This document shows, piece by piece, positions 1 through 14,123 of a DNA stretch of 64,000 bases (positions within the stretch are counted from its first letter, which is position 1; every line of letters starts with the position of its first letter). The stretch lies in the NCBI GenBank assembly GCA_963802315.1, contig CAWDIF010000004.1, positions 1,445 through 65,444 on the forward strand. Reading direction: 5' to 3'. This DNA comes from an uncultured Actinomycetota bacterium. GTDB lineage: Bacteria; Actinomycetota; Actinomycetes; Propionibacteriales; Nocardioidaceae. The position numbers and the translations under genes were made by a program. The notes under the pieces are model-generated. The model had not been told where the DNA came from, made no database searches, and saw nothing but the letters and a program-made list of their open reading frames with translations.

Positions 1-16
1 ATGCTCCGAAGGGCGG

Positions 17-54
17 GTTTCGCGACCGTATCGCGGATGTTGCGCCCGTGTAAC
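17..54 (-). promoter_or_regulatory. Tandem GlnR boxes, probably controlling a divergent glnA just outside the window
   Basis: Minus strand reads GTTAC-n6-GCAAC-n6-GATAC-n6-GAAAC, four half-sites at 11-bp period, matching the GlnR consensus gTnAc-n6-GaAAc. RDD/lipA usually neighbour glnA in actinobacteria. Confidence 0.75.
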
Positions 55-96
55 GGGTGTCCGAACCGCTGGCGGGCTCTGGCTAACCTGACCACC

Positions 97-522
97 GTGC
101 CCGTCACCCAGCTGCCGTTCGAGACCGCGTCCTGGGGCCGGCGCATCCTCGCGCTGGCCGTCGACTGGCTGGCCAGCACTCTCGTCGTCGTGGCGATCCC
201 GCCGCTGTTCGAGATCTACCGCGATCCCGGCGCCGGCAACTTCTTGGTGCTCGGCGTCTTCGTCCTGGAGACCGCCGCCTTCACCGCCCTCCTCGGCGGC
301 TCCTTCGGCCAGCTGGCCACCCGGCTCCGGGTGGTGGCTGTGGACCGGGGCGGCAACGTCGACCCGCTCCGGGCCCTGGCCCGGCAGGTGCTGATCGCAC
401 TGGTCATCCCGCCACTGGTCTTCCGACCGGACGGCCGGGGGTTGCACGACCTCGCGGCCGGTTCGGCGACGGTGACCCTGCACACCTGGCGGGGGCTGAC
501 CGGTCGAGCCGCTTCGCGCTGA
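97..522 (+). CDS. RDD family membrane protein
   Basis: ASWGRRILALAVDW, GGSFGQLATRLRVV and GRGLHDLAAGS motifs; GTG start 7 nt after TAACCT. Confidence 0.85.
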   Translation: MPVTQLPFETASWGRRILALAVDWLASTLVVVAIPPLFEIYRDPGAGNFLVLGVFVLETAAFTALLGGSFGQLATRLRVVAVDRGGNVDPLRALARQVLIALVIPPLVFRPDGRGLHDLAAGSATVTLHTWRGLTGRAASR

Positions 523-534
523 AGGGTACGACGC

Positions 535-1244
535 TCAGCGACCGCGCATGTTGCCGCGCATGCCCTTCATGCTGGTCGGCACCGGGCCCTTGGGGATCGG
601 CATGAGCGAGCGCTGGGCGTCGAGTGCCTTGAGCCGGTTGAGGATGTCGGTGAGCTCGGGGCCCTTGACCTGGCGGCCGAGCTTCTGGACGTGGCGCACG
701 AGCTTGGGCAGGGGAACCTGGCCCTCGCCGTTGCCACACATCACCTCGTGGATCGGCGTCTCCGCGACCACGCGCTCGTGCTTGCGGCGCTCGTTGGTCA
801 TCAGCTGACGAAGCCGGTTGGGGTTGCCCTCGCCGATCAGCACGATGCCGGGCGGGCCCACGACGCGGTGGACGATGTCCTGCTGCTTGGTGAACGCGAT
901 CGCCGGGTCGGTCTTCCAGCCTCGGCGCAGCATCCGGAGCGCCGCGGCGGCCGCACCGGGCTGGCCCTCCATCTGGTTGTACGCCGCGTTCTGGGCGCGT
1001 CGCCCGAACAGGATCAGCATCGCCAGCAGGCCGAACATCAGGCCGCCGACCACCGCGAGGATCCACTCGATCGCACCGGCGCCCGGCAGGACTTGAAGAT
1101 CACGAAGCCCACCGCGCCGACGACCAAGAACGTGCCGAGCAGGATCGGACCGATGAACCGGTCCGACGTCTTGGCCATCCGGTAGGTCTCGAGGAACTGC
1201 TTGCGGCGGCTCATCTCCGAGGGGGGAGTGGTGGCGTTGGCCAT
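535..1244 (-). CDS. DUF4191 family membrane protein (one frameshift near 1090)
   Basis: N-terminus [21 protein letters not shown] in one frame; QMEGQPGAA...[16 protein letters not shown]...MPIPKGP in another; sits downstream of lipA. Confidence 0.85.
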
Positions 1245-1281
1245 GCTGGTGCGACTGCCTATCTCGGGTGGCGGCGTGGTG

Positions 1282-2222
1282 TCAGGCGGAGGCGCCCTGG
1301 CGGGCGTCCATCGCCTGACGGTACAGGCGACCCGCGCGGTAGGACGAACGCACCAGCGGGTCCGGAGAGCACCCCGGAGAAGCCGATCTCCTCGGCCTCG
1401 GCCGCGAGCTCGACGAACTCCTCGGGCTTGACCCACCGCTCGACCGGGTGGTGCCGCGGCGAGGGCCGCAGGTACTGGGTGATCGTGACCAGCTCGCAGC
1501 CGGCCGCGTGCAGGTCGCTCAGCGCCTGGGAGACCTCCTCGCGCGTCTCGCCCATGCCGAGGATCAGGTTGGACTTGGTGACCAGCCCGAAGTCGCGGGC
1601 CTGGGTGAGGACGTCGAGCGAGCGGTCGTAGCGGAACGCCGGACGGATCCGCTTGAAGATCCGCGGCACCGTCTCGACGTTGTGGGCCAGCACCTCGGGA
1701 CGTGACTCGAAGACCTCGTGGAGCAGGTCCGGCTTGCCGTTGAAGTCGGGGATGAGGTTCTCGACGCCGGTGTCCGGGTTGAGCTCGTGGATGGCGCGCA
1801 CCGTCTCGGCGTACAGCCAGGCGCCACCGTCGGGCAGGTCGTCGCGGGCGACGCCGGTGATGGTGGCGTAGCGCAGCTGCATGGTCCTGTACGGACTCGG
1901 CGACCCGGCGCGGCTCGTCGCGGTCGAGCGGCTCCGGCTTGCCGGTGTCGATCTGGCAGAAGTCGCAGCGGCGCGTGCACTGGTCGCCGCCGATGAGGAA
2001 CGTCGCCTCGCGGTCCTCCCAGCACTCGAAGATGTTGGGGCAGCCGGCCGCCTGGCACACGGTGTGGAGACCCTCGGACTTCACCAGGCTCTTGAGGGCG
2101 GTGTACTCCGGACCCATCTTGGCCCGGGTCTTGATCCACTCGGGCTTGCGCTCGATCGGTGTCTCGGCGTTGCGGACCTCGAGGCGCAGCAGCTTGCGAC
2201 CTTCGGGCACGGGAGAACTCAC
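1282..2222 (-). CDS. lipA: Lipoyl synthase (frameshifts near 1885 and 1360, probably errors)
   Basis: RKPEWIK, CX4CX5C ([12 protein letters not shown]), radical-SAM [20 protein letters not shown] and C-terminal VRSSY. Confidence 0.95.
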
Positions 2223-2242
2223 GGCGTCGAGCCTACGCCGGA

Positions 2243-3190
2243 CTAGGGAACGTCCCGCGCGCGGTGCGCGAGGAACGACGGCACGCTCACGGCGCCCAGG
2301 AGGACCGCGAAGTAGACGACCGACTGGAGCCGGGTGATGAGCTGCCGAGGGCAGTCCCCAGTGAAGTTGCAGGCGTCGTAGTCGTAGAACCGGTAGGACC
2401 CGACCGCGTAGGCGTAGAAGTTGCCCCACGGCATCACCCGCTCGACCCCACTTCCGTCGAGTCCGAGGAATCCCGCCATGACCAGGCACAGGAAGCCGAC
2501 CGCGAACAGGACGCCGATGGTCGCCACCGTGCTGCGGAGCAGCATGGTCAGGGCGTAGCCGAGCAGCGCTGTGAAGACCACGAACGCCGCGCCGAGCACG
2601 GTCTGCTTGTAGCCGGCCGCGACCGCACCGTCCTGGATCGGGAGGTCCCTGATCGAGACGGTGGCCCAGAGCCCCGTCCAGAACGCGACCAGGACCGCGA
2701 ACGAGACCACACCGGCGACCAGCGCGACCGCGACCGCCTTGGCAGCCCAGACCCGAGCCCGCCGTGGTTCGAACAGCAGCTGGTTGCTCATGGACCCGGT
2801 GCTCCAGTCGTGGCCGGCGAACGTGATGCCTGCCAGGAGCATGAGCATGCCGAGCAGGAGGAGCGCGGCCAGTGCGCCGCCCGCCTCACGTTCCTCGCGG
2901 AGGTCGAGCGGGCTGTTGCCGTACCAACCGGTGATCTTCTCCTCGCACGCCAGCTGGACGTCCTCGGCGTGGGCGACGTCGTACTGGCGTGGACGGTCGA
3001 CGCAGTTCTGGACCTCGTCGAGGACGTAGGAGCCGTTGGAGGCCGCCACCTGGTCGAGGGTCTGGGTCCGGGTGTCGAGTACGCGCAGGACGAAGACGGC
3101 GGCGGGGAGCAGGACCGCGAGCACGAGCAGGATCACGACGGCCCGGCGCCACACCAGACGGGTCAGCTCGACCCTGACCAGCCGGTTCAC
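2243..3190 (-). CDS. ABC-2 type transporter permease
   Basis: Multiple TM segments; [19 protein letters not shown] motif; coupled to the ATPase gene. Confidence 0.85.
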   Translation of the reverse strand: MNRLVRVELTRLVWRRAVVILLVLAVLLPAAVFVLRVLDTRTQTLDQVAASNGSYVLDEVQNCVDRPRQYDVAHAEDVQLACEEKITGWYGNSPLDLREEREAGGALAALLLLGMLMLLAGITFAGHDWSTGSMSNQLLFEPRRARVWAAKAVAVALVAGVVSFAVLVAFWTGLWATVSIRDLPIQDGAVAAGYKQTVLGAAFVVFTALLGYALTMLLRSTVATIGVLFAVGFLCLVMAGFLGLDGSGVERVMPWGNFYAYAVGSYRFYDYDACNFTGDCPRQLITRLQSVVYFAVLLGAVSVPSFLAHRARDVP

Positions 3191-4137
3191 GCCTGGCCCC
3201 CGTCGGTCGGCCAGGCGATGCTGCCGCCGAGCCGTTCACCCTCGGTGAGCTGGAGGAAGATCGACTCCAGGTCGGCGCGCACCGGGCTGAGCTCGGTGAG
3301 CCAGACGCCGGCCTCACCCAGGGCCCTGGCGACCTCGGCGGGCCGAGCGGTGTCGACGAGCAGCGCAGGCCCGTCCTGGCCGGTGACGCGCAGGCCGGCG
3401 GCCTCGAGCGCGGTGCGTGCGGCGGGTACGTCGGGTGCGACGACCCGCTGGGTCGTGCCGGCACCGATGAGGTCGGCGACGCTGCCGCTGGCGAGCGTCC
3501 GGCCGTTGCCGAGGATCGTGGCCGCGGTGCAGACCTGCTGGACCTCGGCGAGGATGTGGGAGCTGAGGAGCACGGTCACGCCCGCCTCACCGAGGCCGCG
3601 GATGACCTCGCGGACCTCGCGGATACCGGAGGGGTCCAGGCCGTTGGTCGGCTCGTCGAGGATCAGCAGCGCCGGGTCCTTGAGCAGCGTGGCTGCGATC
3701 GCCAGACGCTGCTTCATGCCCAGCGAGTAGGTCTTGTAGCGCTCCCGGTCGCGCCCGGTGAGTCCCACGGTCTCGACGGCCCGGGCGACCCGCGCGTCGT
3801 TGACGCCCACCGCCCGCGCCAGCAGCAGCAGGTTCTGCCATCCGCTGAAGTTGGGGGAGAACTTCGGTGACTCGACGACCGCACCGACCCGGCCCATGAC
3901 CTCGGGGAGCGCCGCCGGCACCGGCCGACCGAACAGGGCCATCTCGCCCTCGGTGGCCGAAGCCAGTCCCAGGAGCATCCGGATGGTCGTGGTCTTGCCC
4001 GAGCCGTTGGGGCCGAGGAAGCCGTGGACCTCACCGGCCCGGACCGTGAGGTCGAGGTCCGAGACCGCCACCCTGGTCCCGCGGCGGACGGAGAACTCCT
4101 TGCGCAGCCCGCGTGTCTCGACCACGGCTTCGCCCAT
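3187..4137 (-). CDS. ABC transporter ATP-binding protein
   Basis: Walker A GPNGSGKTT, signature YSLGMKQR, Walker B LLILDEPTNGLD. Confidence 0.95.
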   Translation of the reverse strand: MGEAVVETRGLRKEFSVRRGTRVAVSDLDLTVRAGEVHGFLGPNGSGKTTTIRMLLGLASATEGEMALFGRPVPAALPEVMGRVGAVVESPKFSPNFSGWQNLLLLARAVGVNDARVARAVETVGLTGRDRERYKTYSLGMKQRLAIAATLLKDPALLILDEPTNGLDPSGIREVREVIRGLGEAGVTVLLSSHILAEVQQVCTAATILGNGRTLASGSVADLIGAGTTQRVVAPDVPAARTALEAAGLRVTGQDGPALLVDTARPAEVARALGEAGVWLTELSPVRADLESIFLQLTEGERLGGSIAWPTDGGQA

Positions 4138-4167
4138 CGGGCGACCCTAGGTCACGTCAGGGTCACC

Positions 4168-4881
4168 TCAGGGCGTCAGCACCTCGACACGCGGTCCGCG
4201 ACCGGGTTCGGGTCGCGGGTCGTAGTCGGGTGTGGCGGCGTACGACTCCCAGGCGAGCAGCTCGGTGAGCCGCCGTTGCAGGACCGGCAGCACCTCGGCC
4301 ACCGGGACGTCGCGGCCCAGCTCGTGGGAGAGCGTGGTGACGCCGGCGTCGGCGATGCCGCACGGCACGAAGCGGTCGTACCACCCGAGGTCGACGTCGC
4401 AGTTGAGCGCGATGCCATGCATGGTGACGCCCCGCGAGACGCGCAGCCCGATCGCGCCGATCTTGCGCTCCGGGTCCCTCAGCCAGACGCCGCTGCGCCC
4501 GGGGATGCGGGCGGTCTCGACACCGAGATCGGCGCAGGTCGCGATCATCGCCTCCTCGAGGCGGCGGACGAAGTCGACGACCAGGACGTGCTCGGGGAGC
4601 CGGACGATGGGGTACGCCACGAGCTGGCCAGGGCCGTGGAACGTGATCTTGCCGCCGCGGTCGACCTCGATGACCGGAGCCCCCCCGCTGTCGGCGGGTC
4701 GCTCGTGCGGCTCGGTGCGCTTGCCCGCGGTGTAGGTCGCAGGATGCTCGAGCAGCAGCACGGTGTCGGCTCGCTCGCGGTCGACGACCTGCTGGTGCAC
4801 CCTGCGCTGGAGCTCCCACGCGACGAGGTAGTCGACCGCTTCGTCGCCGAGCCCGGCGACCTCGAAGAGGGGAGCACTCAC
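4168..4881 (-). CDS. lipB: Lipoyl(octanoyl) transferase
   Basis: [36 protein letters not shown] and VPCG motifs. Confidence 0.95.
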   Translation of the reverse strand: MSAPLFEVAGLGDEAVDYLVAWELQRRVHQQVVDRERADTVLLLEHPATYTAGKRTEPHERPADSGGAPVIEVDRGGKITFHGPGQLVAYPIVRLPEHVLVVDFVRRLEEAMIATCADLGVETARIPGRSGVWLRDPERKIGAIGLRVSRGVTMHGIALNCDVDLGWYDRFVPCGIADAGVTTLSHELGRDVPVAEVLPVLQRRLTELLAWESYAATPDYDPRPEPGRGPRVEVLTP

Positions 4882-4966
4882 CCTGTCGAGGCTACTCGGG
4901 TGCCCATCCAGTCTGCCTGTGGATGACGATGACGTCGCACCGCCGCTCCCGGGTAGGACTGGAGGG

Positions 4967-5359
4967 GTGAACCTGATCGCAGTTCTCGTGTCCGCGGTGC
5001 TGTCGTTGCTCCCGGGTCCGGTCCTCGACCACTGGGACGCTCAGCGCTCAGAGGCCTGGGCAGAGGGGGACGTACGACGTCTGCGGGCTCTCTACACGCC
5101 GAGGTCGGTCGCGGGGGAGCGGGATGTCGCGATGCTGGAGCGGTGGCGCGCCCGCGGCCTGGTCGTCCGGGGCCTCGACATGCAGGTGCTGTCGATCGAC
5201 GAGGTGGCGCGCGCGCCGGACCGCTGGGAGCTGGCGGTCGTGGATCGGGTCGTGGGTGCGACGGTCGCCGGCGTCGCGTTGCCGAACGACGCGCCGACCT
5301 CGCGCACGGTCGTGCTCCACAGGGTCGGGGGCGAGTGGCTGGTCAGCTCGGTGAGCTGA
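4967..5359 (+). CDS. Hypothetical secreted protein, possibly NTF2-like
   Basis: GGAGG before GTG; hydrophobic N-terminus; C-terminal [14 protein letters not shown]. Confidence 0.55.
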   Translation: MNLIAVLVSAVLSLLPGPVLDHWDAQRSEAWAEGDVRRLRALYTPRSVAGERDVAMLERWRARGLVVRGLDMQVLSIDEVARAPDRWELAVVDRVVGATVAGVALPNDAPTSRTVVLHRVGGEWLVSSVS

Positions 5360-6248
5360 GCCCGGCGCGCAGCACCTCGGCGACGTTGCGGTCCCTGAAC
5401 TCGTAGCCGGCAGACTCGAGGACGACCGGACGGGCGTTCACCGAGCCGAGCAGCTCGTCGGACATCCGGCCCGCACCGAGCCTGATGAGGCGCCCCGGGA
5501 CGTTGGCGAACGACGGGCGCGAGAGCTGGTGGGCCAGCTCCTCGGTGAACTCGGCGTTCGTGGGTGGCTTCGGGCAGATGAGGTTGACCGGCCCCGACAC
5601 GGAGTCGTGCTCGGCGAGGTGGGCGACACCGCCCACCCAGTCCCGCAGGGACAGCATCGGCATGTAGTTGCCGCCGCCGCCCAAGCGCCCCCCGAGGCCG
5701 ACCCTGAAGAGAAGCCGGAGCTGCTTGAGCGGTGCGCTGCGGCGGTCCATCACCGGTGATGTGCGCAGGACGCAGACCCGGGCTCCGGCCTCGACCGCCG
5801 GGTCCGCGGCCGCCTGCCAGTCACGGGTCACCGAGGTGAGCAGTGCGTCGCCTCGGCTGTCGGACTCCTCGGTGAGCACCTCGCCGCCGCGGTCGCCGTA
5901 GAAGCTGATGCCGTTGCCTGCCAGGTACGCCGGCGCGCGGTCGCTGTCGGCGATCGCGTGGGCCAGGACGGTCGTGGTCCGCACGCGGCTCTCGCGGAGC
6001 TCGCGAGCCCACTTCTTCGAGTGCGGGTTGCCCAGGGTCGGAGCGCCCGCGAGGTTGACCACGACATCGGCCGACTCGATGACCTGTCGCTCGTAGGAGC
6101 CTGCGTAGGGGTCCCAGCTCGACTCGTCGGGCGCGGACGACGGACGACGGACGAGCGCGACCACCGAGTGCCCACGCCCGACCAGCTCCCTCGAGAGGTG
6201 CGTGCCGAGGAAGCCGGACGAGCCCGCGATCACCACGTTCAGTGCCAT
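5343..6248 (-). CDS. TIGR01777 family NAD-dependent epimerase/oxidoreductase
   Basis: AGSSGFLG Rossmann motif, VVNLAG, SRVRTT, GLGGRLG and GPVNL. Confidence 0.9.
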   Translation of the reverse strand: MALNVVIAGSSGFLGTHLSRELVGRGHSVVALVRRPSSAPDESSWDPYAGSYERQVIESADVVVNLAGAPTLGNPHSKKWARELRESRVRTTTVLAHAIADSDRAPAYLAGNGISFYGDRGGEVLTEESDSRGDALLTSVTRDWQAAADPAVEAGARVCVLRTSPVMDRRSAPLKQLRLLFRVGLGGRLGGGGNYMPMLSLRDWVGGVAHLAEHDSVSGPVNLICPKPPTNAEFTEELAHQLSRPSFANVPGRLIRLGAGRMSDELLGSVNARPVVLESAGYEFRDRNVAEVLRAGLSSPS

Positions 6249-6260
6249 GCGCTCAGCCTG

Positions 6261-6920
6261 TCACGCAGCCAAGGGGACCTCCCAGCTGCTGCGCGGCGTC
6301 AGGGCGACGGTCCGGGCCAGGGCAATGAACGCGATGGCGAGACAGACCAGCGAGGCGTACGTCGCCTGGTCGCTCAGGGCGGAGCCCGCGAACTCCACGA
6401 GCAGGAAGAGCCACAGCAGCGCCGGGACCCATCGAGGGGCGACCCTGGTCCGCCACAGCGCGAGGCTGAGCAGCACGAGCCCGAGGACTGTGCCGACTAG
6501 TCCGACCGCAGCGAACACCATCATCGGCGACGACTCGAAGTCGCTCACGAGATCCGCGAAGACCGCGCGGTTCGCGATGTCGTCGGCCATGGTCACGGTC
6601 ATCAGGGACGCACCGGCGAACACGCAGTGGCCGAGGACGCCGAGCACCGCCAGGGTGGTGCCGAGGTTAGACAGCCGCGGCGCGCCTCCGCGGACGAGGT
6701 GACCGATGCCCAGGACCGCCGCCAGCATGAAGAACTGGGACAGGGGGAAGAAGGCGGCCGAGACAGCAGCCCCCGTGCCACCGTCCGCGATCGCCGCCAG
6801 CCGCTCGGCCTGATCGGAGGGGAAGGCCGGCTCGAGGACGGTCCAGACGGCGGTGGTGATCACGGCGCCGGCGAGGCCGAGGACGGTGACTGCTCGGCGG
6901 AAGGCTGCGGTGTCGTTCAT
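6261..6920 (-). CDS. Integral membrane protein (DUF4386-like), likely target of the divergent two-component system
   Basis: About 6 hydrophobic segments; divergent from the histidine kinase across a palindrome. Confidence 0.7.
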   Translation of the reverse strand: MNDTAAFRRAVTVLGLAGAVITTAVWTVLEPAFPSDQAERLAAIADGGTGAAVSAAFFPLSQFFMLAAVLGIGHLVRGGAPRLSNLGTTLAVLGVLGHCVFAGASLMTVTMADDIANRAVFADLVSDFESSPMMVFAAVGLVGTVLGLVLLSLALWRTRVAPRWVPALLWLFLLVEFAGSALSDQATYASLVCLAIAFIALARTVALTPRSSWEVPLAA

Positions 6921-7027
6921 GGGCACTCCTGGGTGGTCGGGTGGTGTCCACCTGAGCGAACCTCGCGACCGGGTCGCTGGTCATCGGCCGCGGGACGTCT
7001 CTGAGGACCCCGCAGGTTGACCGACGA

Positions 7028-7044
7028 GTCATCCTCAGGATGAC
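7028..7044. promoter_or_regulatory. Palindromic operator, putative NarL-family response-regulator site
   Basis: Perfect 8-bp inverted repeat GTCATCCT-C-AGGATGAC between divergent genes. Confidence 0.6.
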
Positions 7045-7078
7045 GCCACGCCCGGATCGACGGTCCTATCGTGGCCGC

Positions 7079-8224
7079 GTGGACCGACTGCGGCGACACC
7101 TCTTCGACGTCGGGCTGGCTGTCGTCGTCGGCGTGGTTGGCCTCGCCGAGGTCTGGGTGCCCTTCTCCTCGGTCCAGGGCGACGGGTCCGCGGCCGCCAC
7201 CACGGTGGCCGTCGTCCTCTCGGCCCTCGCAGTGTCCCAGCGCCGGAGGCACCCCCTGCCGGCCCAGTTGGTCGTGCTGTTCTCGTGGTTCGCGGTCATG
7301 GCAGTCAGCACGACCCTCGTCACGTTCTTCGGGCAGTTCGTCACGATGGGCATCGCCGTCTTCTCGACCGCGCGGCACGGCCGCGGGCGCGAACCGCTCG
7401 TCGGCGCTGCCGCGGCCGCACTCGCCCTGCTCGGGGTGGACCTGCTCGTACCCGAGTTGCAGACCCCGGGCGAGATCGTCTTCCACTGGGGCGCGATCGC
7501 CCTGATCTGGGGCGTCGGCCTGCGGCTCAGCCAGCTCGAGCGTCGTTCCCGCGAATCGACGAGACGCGCCATCGACGCCGAGGTCGCCGCGGCCGAGCAG
7601 GCACTGGCAGCGGTCGTGGAGGAGCGGACCAGGATCGCCCGCGAGCTGCACGACATCGTGGCGCACTCGGTGACCTCGATGGTCGTGCAGGCCGGAGCGG
7701 CCGAGCAGGTCGTCGCTGACGACCCCGACTACGTGCGCGCGGCGTTGAGCACGATCCGCGAGACGGGCACGGGGGCGCTGGCCGAGATGCGCCGGGTGGT
7801 TGAGGTCCTCCGGGACGCGACCGAGCGGGGCTCGCTCTCCCCGCAGCCGGGGGTCGAGTGCGTGCCGGGCCTCGTTGAGGGAGCCCGGGCAACGGGGATG
7901 CGGGCGAACCTGGACGTCGTCGGCGAGGTGCGATCCCTTCCCGCCGGGGTCGACCTGGCGGCGTACCGCATCGTCCAGGAGGCCCTCACCAACGTCCGGC
8001 GTCATTCCCGTGCCGCCTCCGTGCGCGTCGTCCTGGAGTACGGTCCCGACGACCTGCGGATCGAGGTGGTCGACGACGGGGTCGGCGCGGCTGACCCGCA
8101 CGGCGGCCACGGCCTGATCGGGATGCAGGAGCGTGCCGCGTTGTACGGCGGCGCGCTGGAGGCCGCGACGGTCAACGGGTCCGGCTTCGCCGTCCAAGCC
8201 GTTCTTCCGGCGGTGACCCCGTGA
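7079..8224 (+). CDS. Sensor histidine kinase (HisKA_3)
   Basis: ERTRIARELHDIVAH, YRIVQEALTN, DDGVG and GHGLIGMQER; N-terminal TM segments. Confidence 0.93.
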   Translation: MDRLRRHLFDVGLAVVVGVVGLAEVWVPFSSVQGDGSAAATTVAVVLSALAVSQRRRHPLPAQLVVLFSWFAVMAVSTTLVTFFGQFVTMGIAVFSTARHGRGREPLVGAAAAALALLGVDLLVPELQTPGEIVFHWGAIALIWGVGLRLSQLERRSRESTRRAIDAEVAAAEQALAAVVEERTRIARELHDIVAHSVTSMVVQAGAAEQVVADDPDYVRAALSTIRETGTGALAEMRRVVEVLRDATERGSLSPQPGVECVPGLVEGARATGMRANLDVVGEVRSLPAGVDLAAYRIVQEALTNVRRHSRAASVRVVLEYGPDDLRIEVVDDGVGAADPHGGHGLIGMQERAALYGGALEAATVNGSGFAVQAVLPAVTP

Positions 8225-8880
8225 CCGACGCGCTGCGGGTCGTGGTGGTCGATGACCAGGAGCTGGTGCGCAGCGGCTTCGCCCTGATCCTCGAGCGCGC
8301 CGGTATGACGGTCGTCGGTCAGGCGGGGGACGGCCTCGCGTCACTGGAGGTGGTGCGGACGACCAAGCCTGATGTGGTGCTCATGGACCTGCGGATGCCA
8401 CGTCTCGACGGCATCGAGGCCACCCGGCGACTGGTGGCCGCCCATCCGAGGGTGCGGGTCCTGGCACTCACGACGTTCGACCTCGACGAGTACGTCTATG
8501 CCGCAGTCCGCGCGGGGGCGAGCGGCTTCCTGCTCAAGGACGTGTCGCCGGACGGGTTGGTGCAGGCGGTCCGCGCCGTGGCCAGGGGCGAGACGATGCT
8601 GGCCCCGGCGCTGACGCGCCGTCTTCTCGAGCGGTTCGTGGCCGCGCCGCTGCCCGGGGCGCTCCCCGAGGTGATCGGCGACCTCACCGAGCGTGAGGTC
8701 GAGGTACTCCGGCTGATCGCCAGGGGCCTGTCCAACTCCGCGATCGCCGGCGAGCTGTTCCTGGGCGAGGCCACCGTCAAGACGTACGTCTCGCGGCTGT
8801 TGAGCAAGCTCGGCCTGCGCGACCGGGTCCAGCTGGCCGTCCTCGCCTACGAGTCGGGTCTGGTGACCGCCGGTTCGTGA
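8221..8880 (+). CDS. NarL/LuxR family response regulator
   Basis: VVDDQ, DVVLMDLRMP, GFLLKD, then LTEREVEV HTH. Confidence 0.95.
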   Translation: MTDALRVVVVDDQELVRSGFALILERAGMTVVGQAGDGLASLEVVRTTKPDVVLMDLRMPRLDGIEATRRLVAAHPRVRVLALTTFDLDEYVYAAVRAGASGFLLKDVSPDGLVQAVRAVARGETMLAPALTRRLLERFVAAPLPGALPEVIGDLTEREVEVLRLIARGLSNSAIAGELFLGEATVKTYVSRLLSKLGLRDRVQLAVLAYESGLVTAGS

Positions 8881-8901
8881 CCGGCGGACACCCGCTCGAC
8901 C

Positions 8902-10672
8902 TCAGACCTCGAACTGACCGGACTCCAGGCGCTTCTTGACCTCCTGGAGGAAGCGTCCCGCGTCGGCGCCGTCCACCAGGCGGTGGTCGTAGGTCAGCGC
9001 CAGGTAGACCATGTAGCGCACCGCGATCGTCTCGCCGAGGTTCGGGTCGTCGATCACGACCGGGCGCTTCACGACCGTGCCGGGCCCCAGGATCGCCACC
9101 TGCGGCTTGTTGATGATCGGCGTGTCCCACAGGGCCCCGACGCTGCCGAGGTTGGTGATCGTGAAGGTGCCACCGGAGAGCTCGTCGGGGCCGATCTTGT
9201 TGGTCCGGGTCCGCTCGGCGACGTCGGCGATCTTCTTGGCCAGCCCGGCGACCGAGAGGTCACCGGCGTCCTTGACGACCGGCGTGAGCAGGCCCTTCTC
9301 GGTGTCCACCGCGAACGCGAGGTTCTCGCGGTCGTAGTAGGTGACCTCGCCGGCCTCGGTGTCGATGGTCGCGTTGAGCTTGGGGTGCTCCTTGAGCGCG
9401 TCGATCGCGGCCTTGGCGAAGAACGGCAGGTAGCTGAGCTTGACGCCCTCGCGGGCCACGAAGTCGGCCTTCTCCGCGTCCCGCAGCCGCGCGACGTTGG
9501 TGACGTCGACCTCGACGACCTGCGTGAGCTGGGCCGAGGTCTGCAGCGAGTCGATCATCCGCTCGGCGATGATCTTGCGCAGCCGCGAGATCTTCTCCGT
9601 GGTGCCGCGCAGCGGCGAGGGCGTCGGTGCCCCAGCGGCGGCTCGACCGGTCGAGGTGGTCGGAGCCGCGGTGCTCGCGGCCGGTGCCTCGGCCACTTCG
9701 GCCGCCTTGGCGGCGTCGAGCACGTCCTGCTTGCGGATCCGGCCACCGACCCCGGTGCCGGTCACGGCAGCCAGGTCGACGCCGTGCTGGGTCGCGAGCT
9801 TGCGGACCAGCGGCGTGACGTAGCCGGGGCCGTCGTCGCCGGCAGTCGGGGCGGGAGCGGAGGGTGCCGGGGCCGGGGCGGCGGGCTGCCGGGGCTGCGG
9901 CTCGGCGTCGGGCTCCGACCTGCTCGGCCTCGGGCTCTGGCTCGGGCTCACTGGCGCTGGCTCTGGCTCCGGCTCGGCGCTGGCTCGGGCTCCTTGGTCG
10001 CTGGCGGCGGCGACGACGGCGCCGGACCCGATCACCGCCAGCTCGCGCCGACCTCGACGGTCTCGTCCTCCGCGACCTTGATCTCGAGGAGGGTGCCCGC
10101 GACCGGTGAGGGGATCTCGGTGTCGACCTTGTCGGTCGAGACCTCGAGCAGCGGCTCGTCGACCGCGACCTCGTCGCCGACCTGACTTCAGCCAGCGGGT
10201 GACGGTGCCCTCGGTGACGGACTCGCCCAGGGCGGGCAGGGTCACCGAGGTGCGCGTCACCGTCGCCTTCACCAGCGGACGAGGCTCTCGGCAGGCCTCG
10301 CCGGCTCGGGCTGCGGCTCGCTCGGGCTCGGGCTCCGGCCTGCTCGGGCTACGGGCTCCGGCACAGGCTCCGCCGCCGCCTCGGCTGCCACCCTCGGCTC
10401 GCCCGCCGGCGCTCGGACGCCGCCAGCACTCGCTCGACGTCGCCGATGATGGCGAGGATCGCGCCGACCTCGACGGTCTCGTCCTCCTCGGCCTTGATCT
10501 CCAGCAGCGTCCCGGCGACCGGTGAGGGGATCTCGGTGTCGACCTTGTCGGTGGAGACCTCCAGCAGCGGCTCGTCGACCGCGACCTCGTCGCCCACCTG
10601 CTTGAGCCAGCGGGTGACGGTGCCCTCGGTGACGGACTCGCCCAGTGCTGGGAGGGTGACTTCGGTGGCCAT
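8902..10672 (-). CDS. sucB: Dihydrolipoamide acyltransferase E2 with two lipoyl domains (several frameshifts, probably errors)
   Basis: Two copies of [18 protein letters not shown]...STDKVDTE; binding domain [12 protein letters not shown]; catalytic DHRLVDG. Confidence 0.92.
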
Positions 10673-10708
10673 GGAGCTCCTTCGCTCAGTGTCTCGTGTA
10701 GGTCGCGG

Positions 10709-14093
<3,385 letters not shown>

Positions 14094-14123
14094 TCGGCGA
14101 CTGTAACGAGTACGTTCCGTGAC

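Noticed and set aside
4917-4927. DnaA-box-like CTGTGGATGA (and CCATCCACAG near 18272)
   Set aside because: These are isolated, mismatched single copies with no origin-like cluster.
9840-10660. GGCTC-rich short repeats and a roughly 190-bp direct repeat
   Set aside because: They encode the Pro/Glu/Ala linkers and the two lipoyl domains of E2; they are not a CRISPR array or mobile element.
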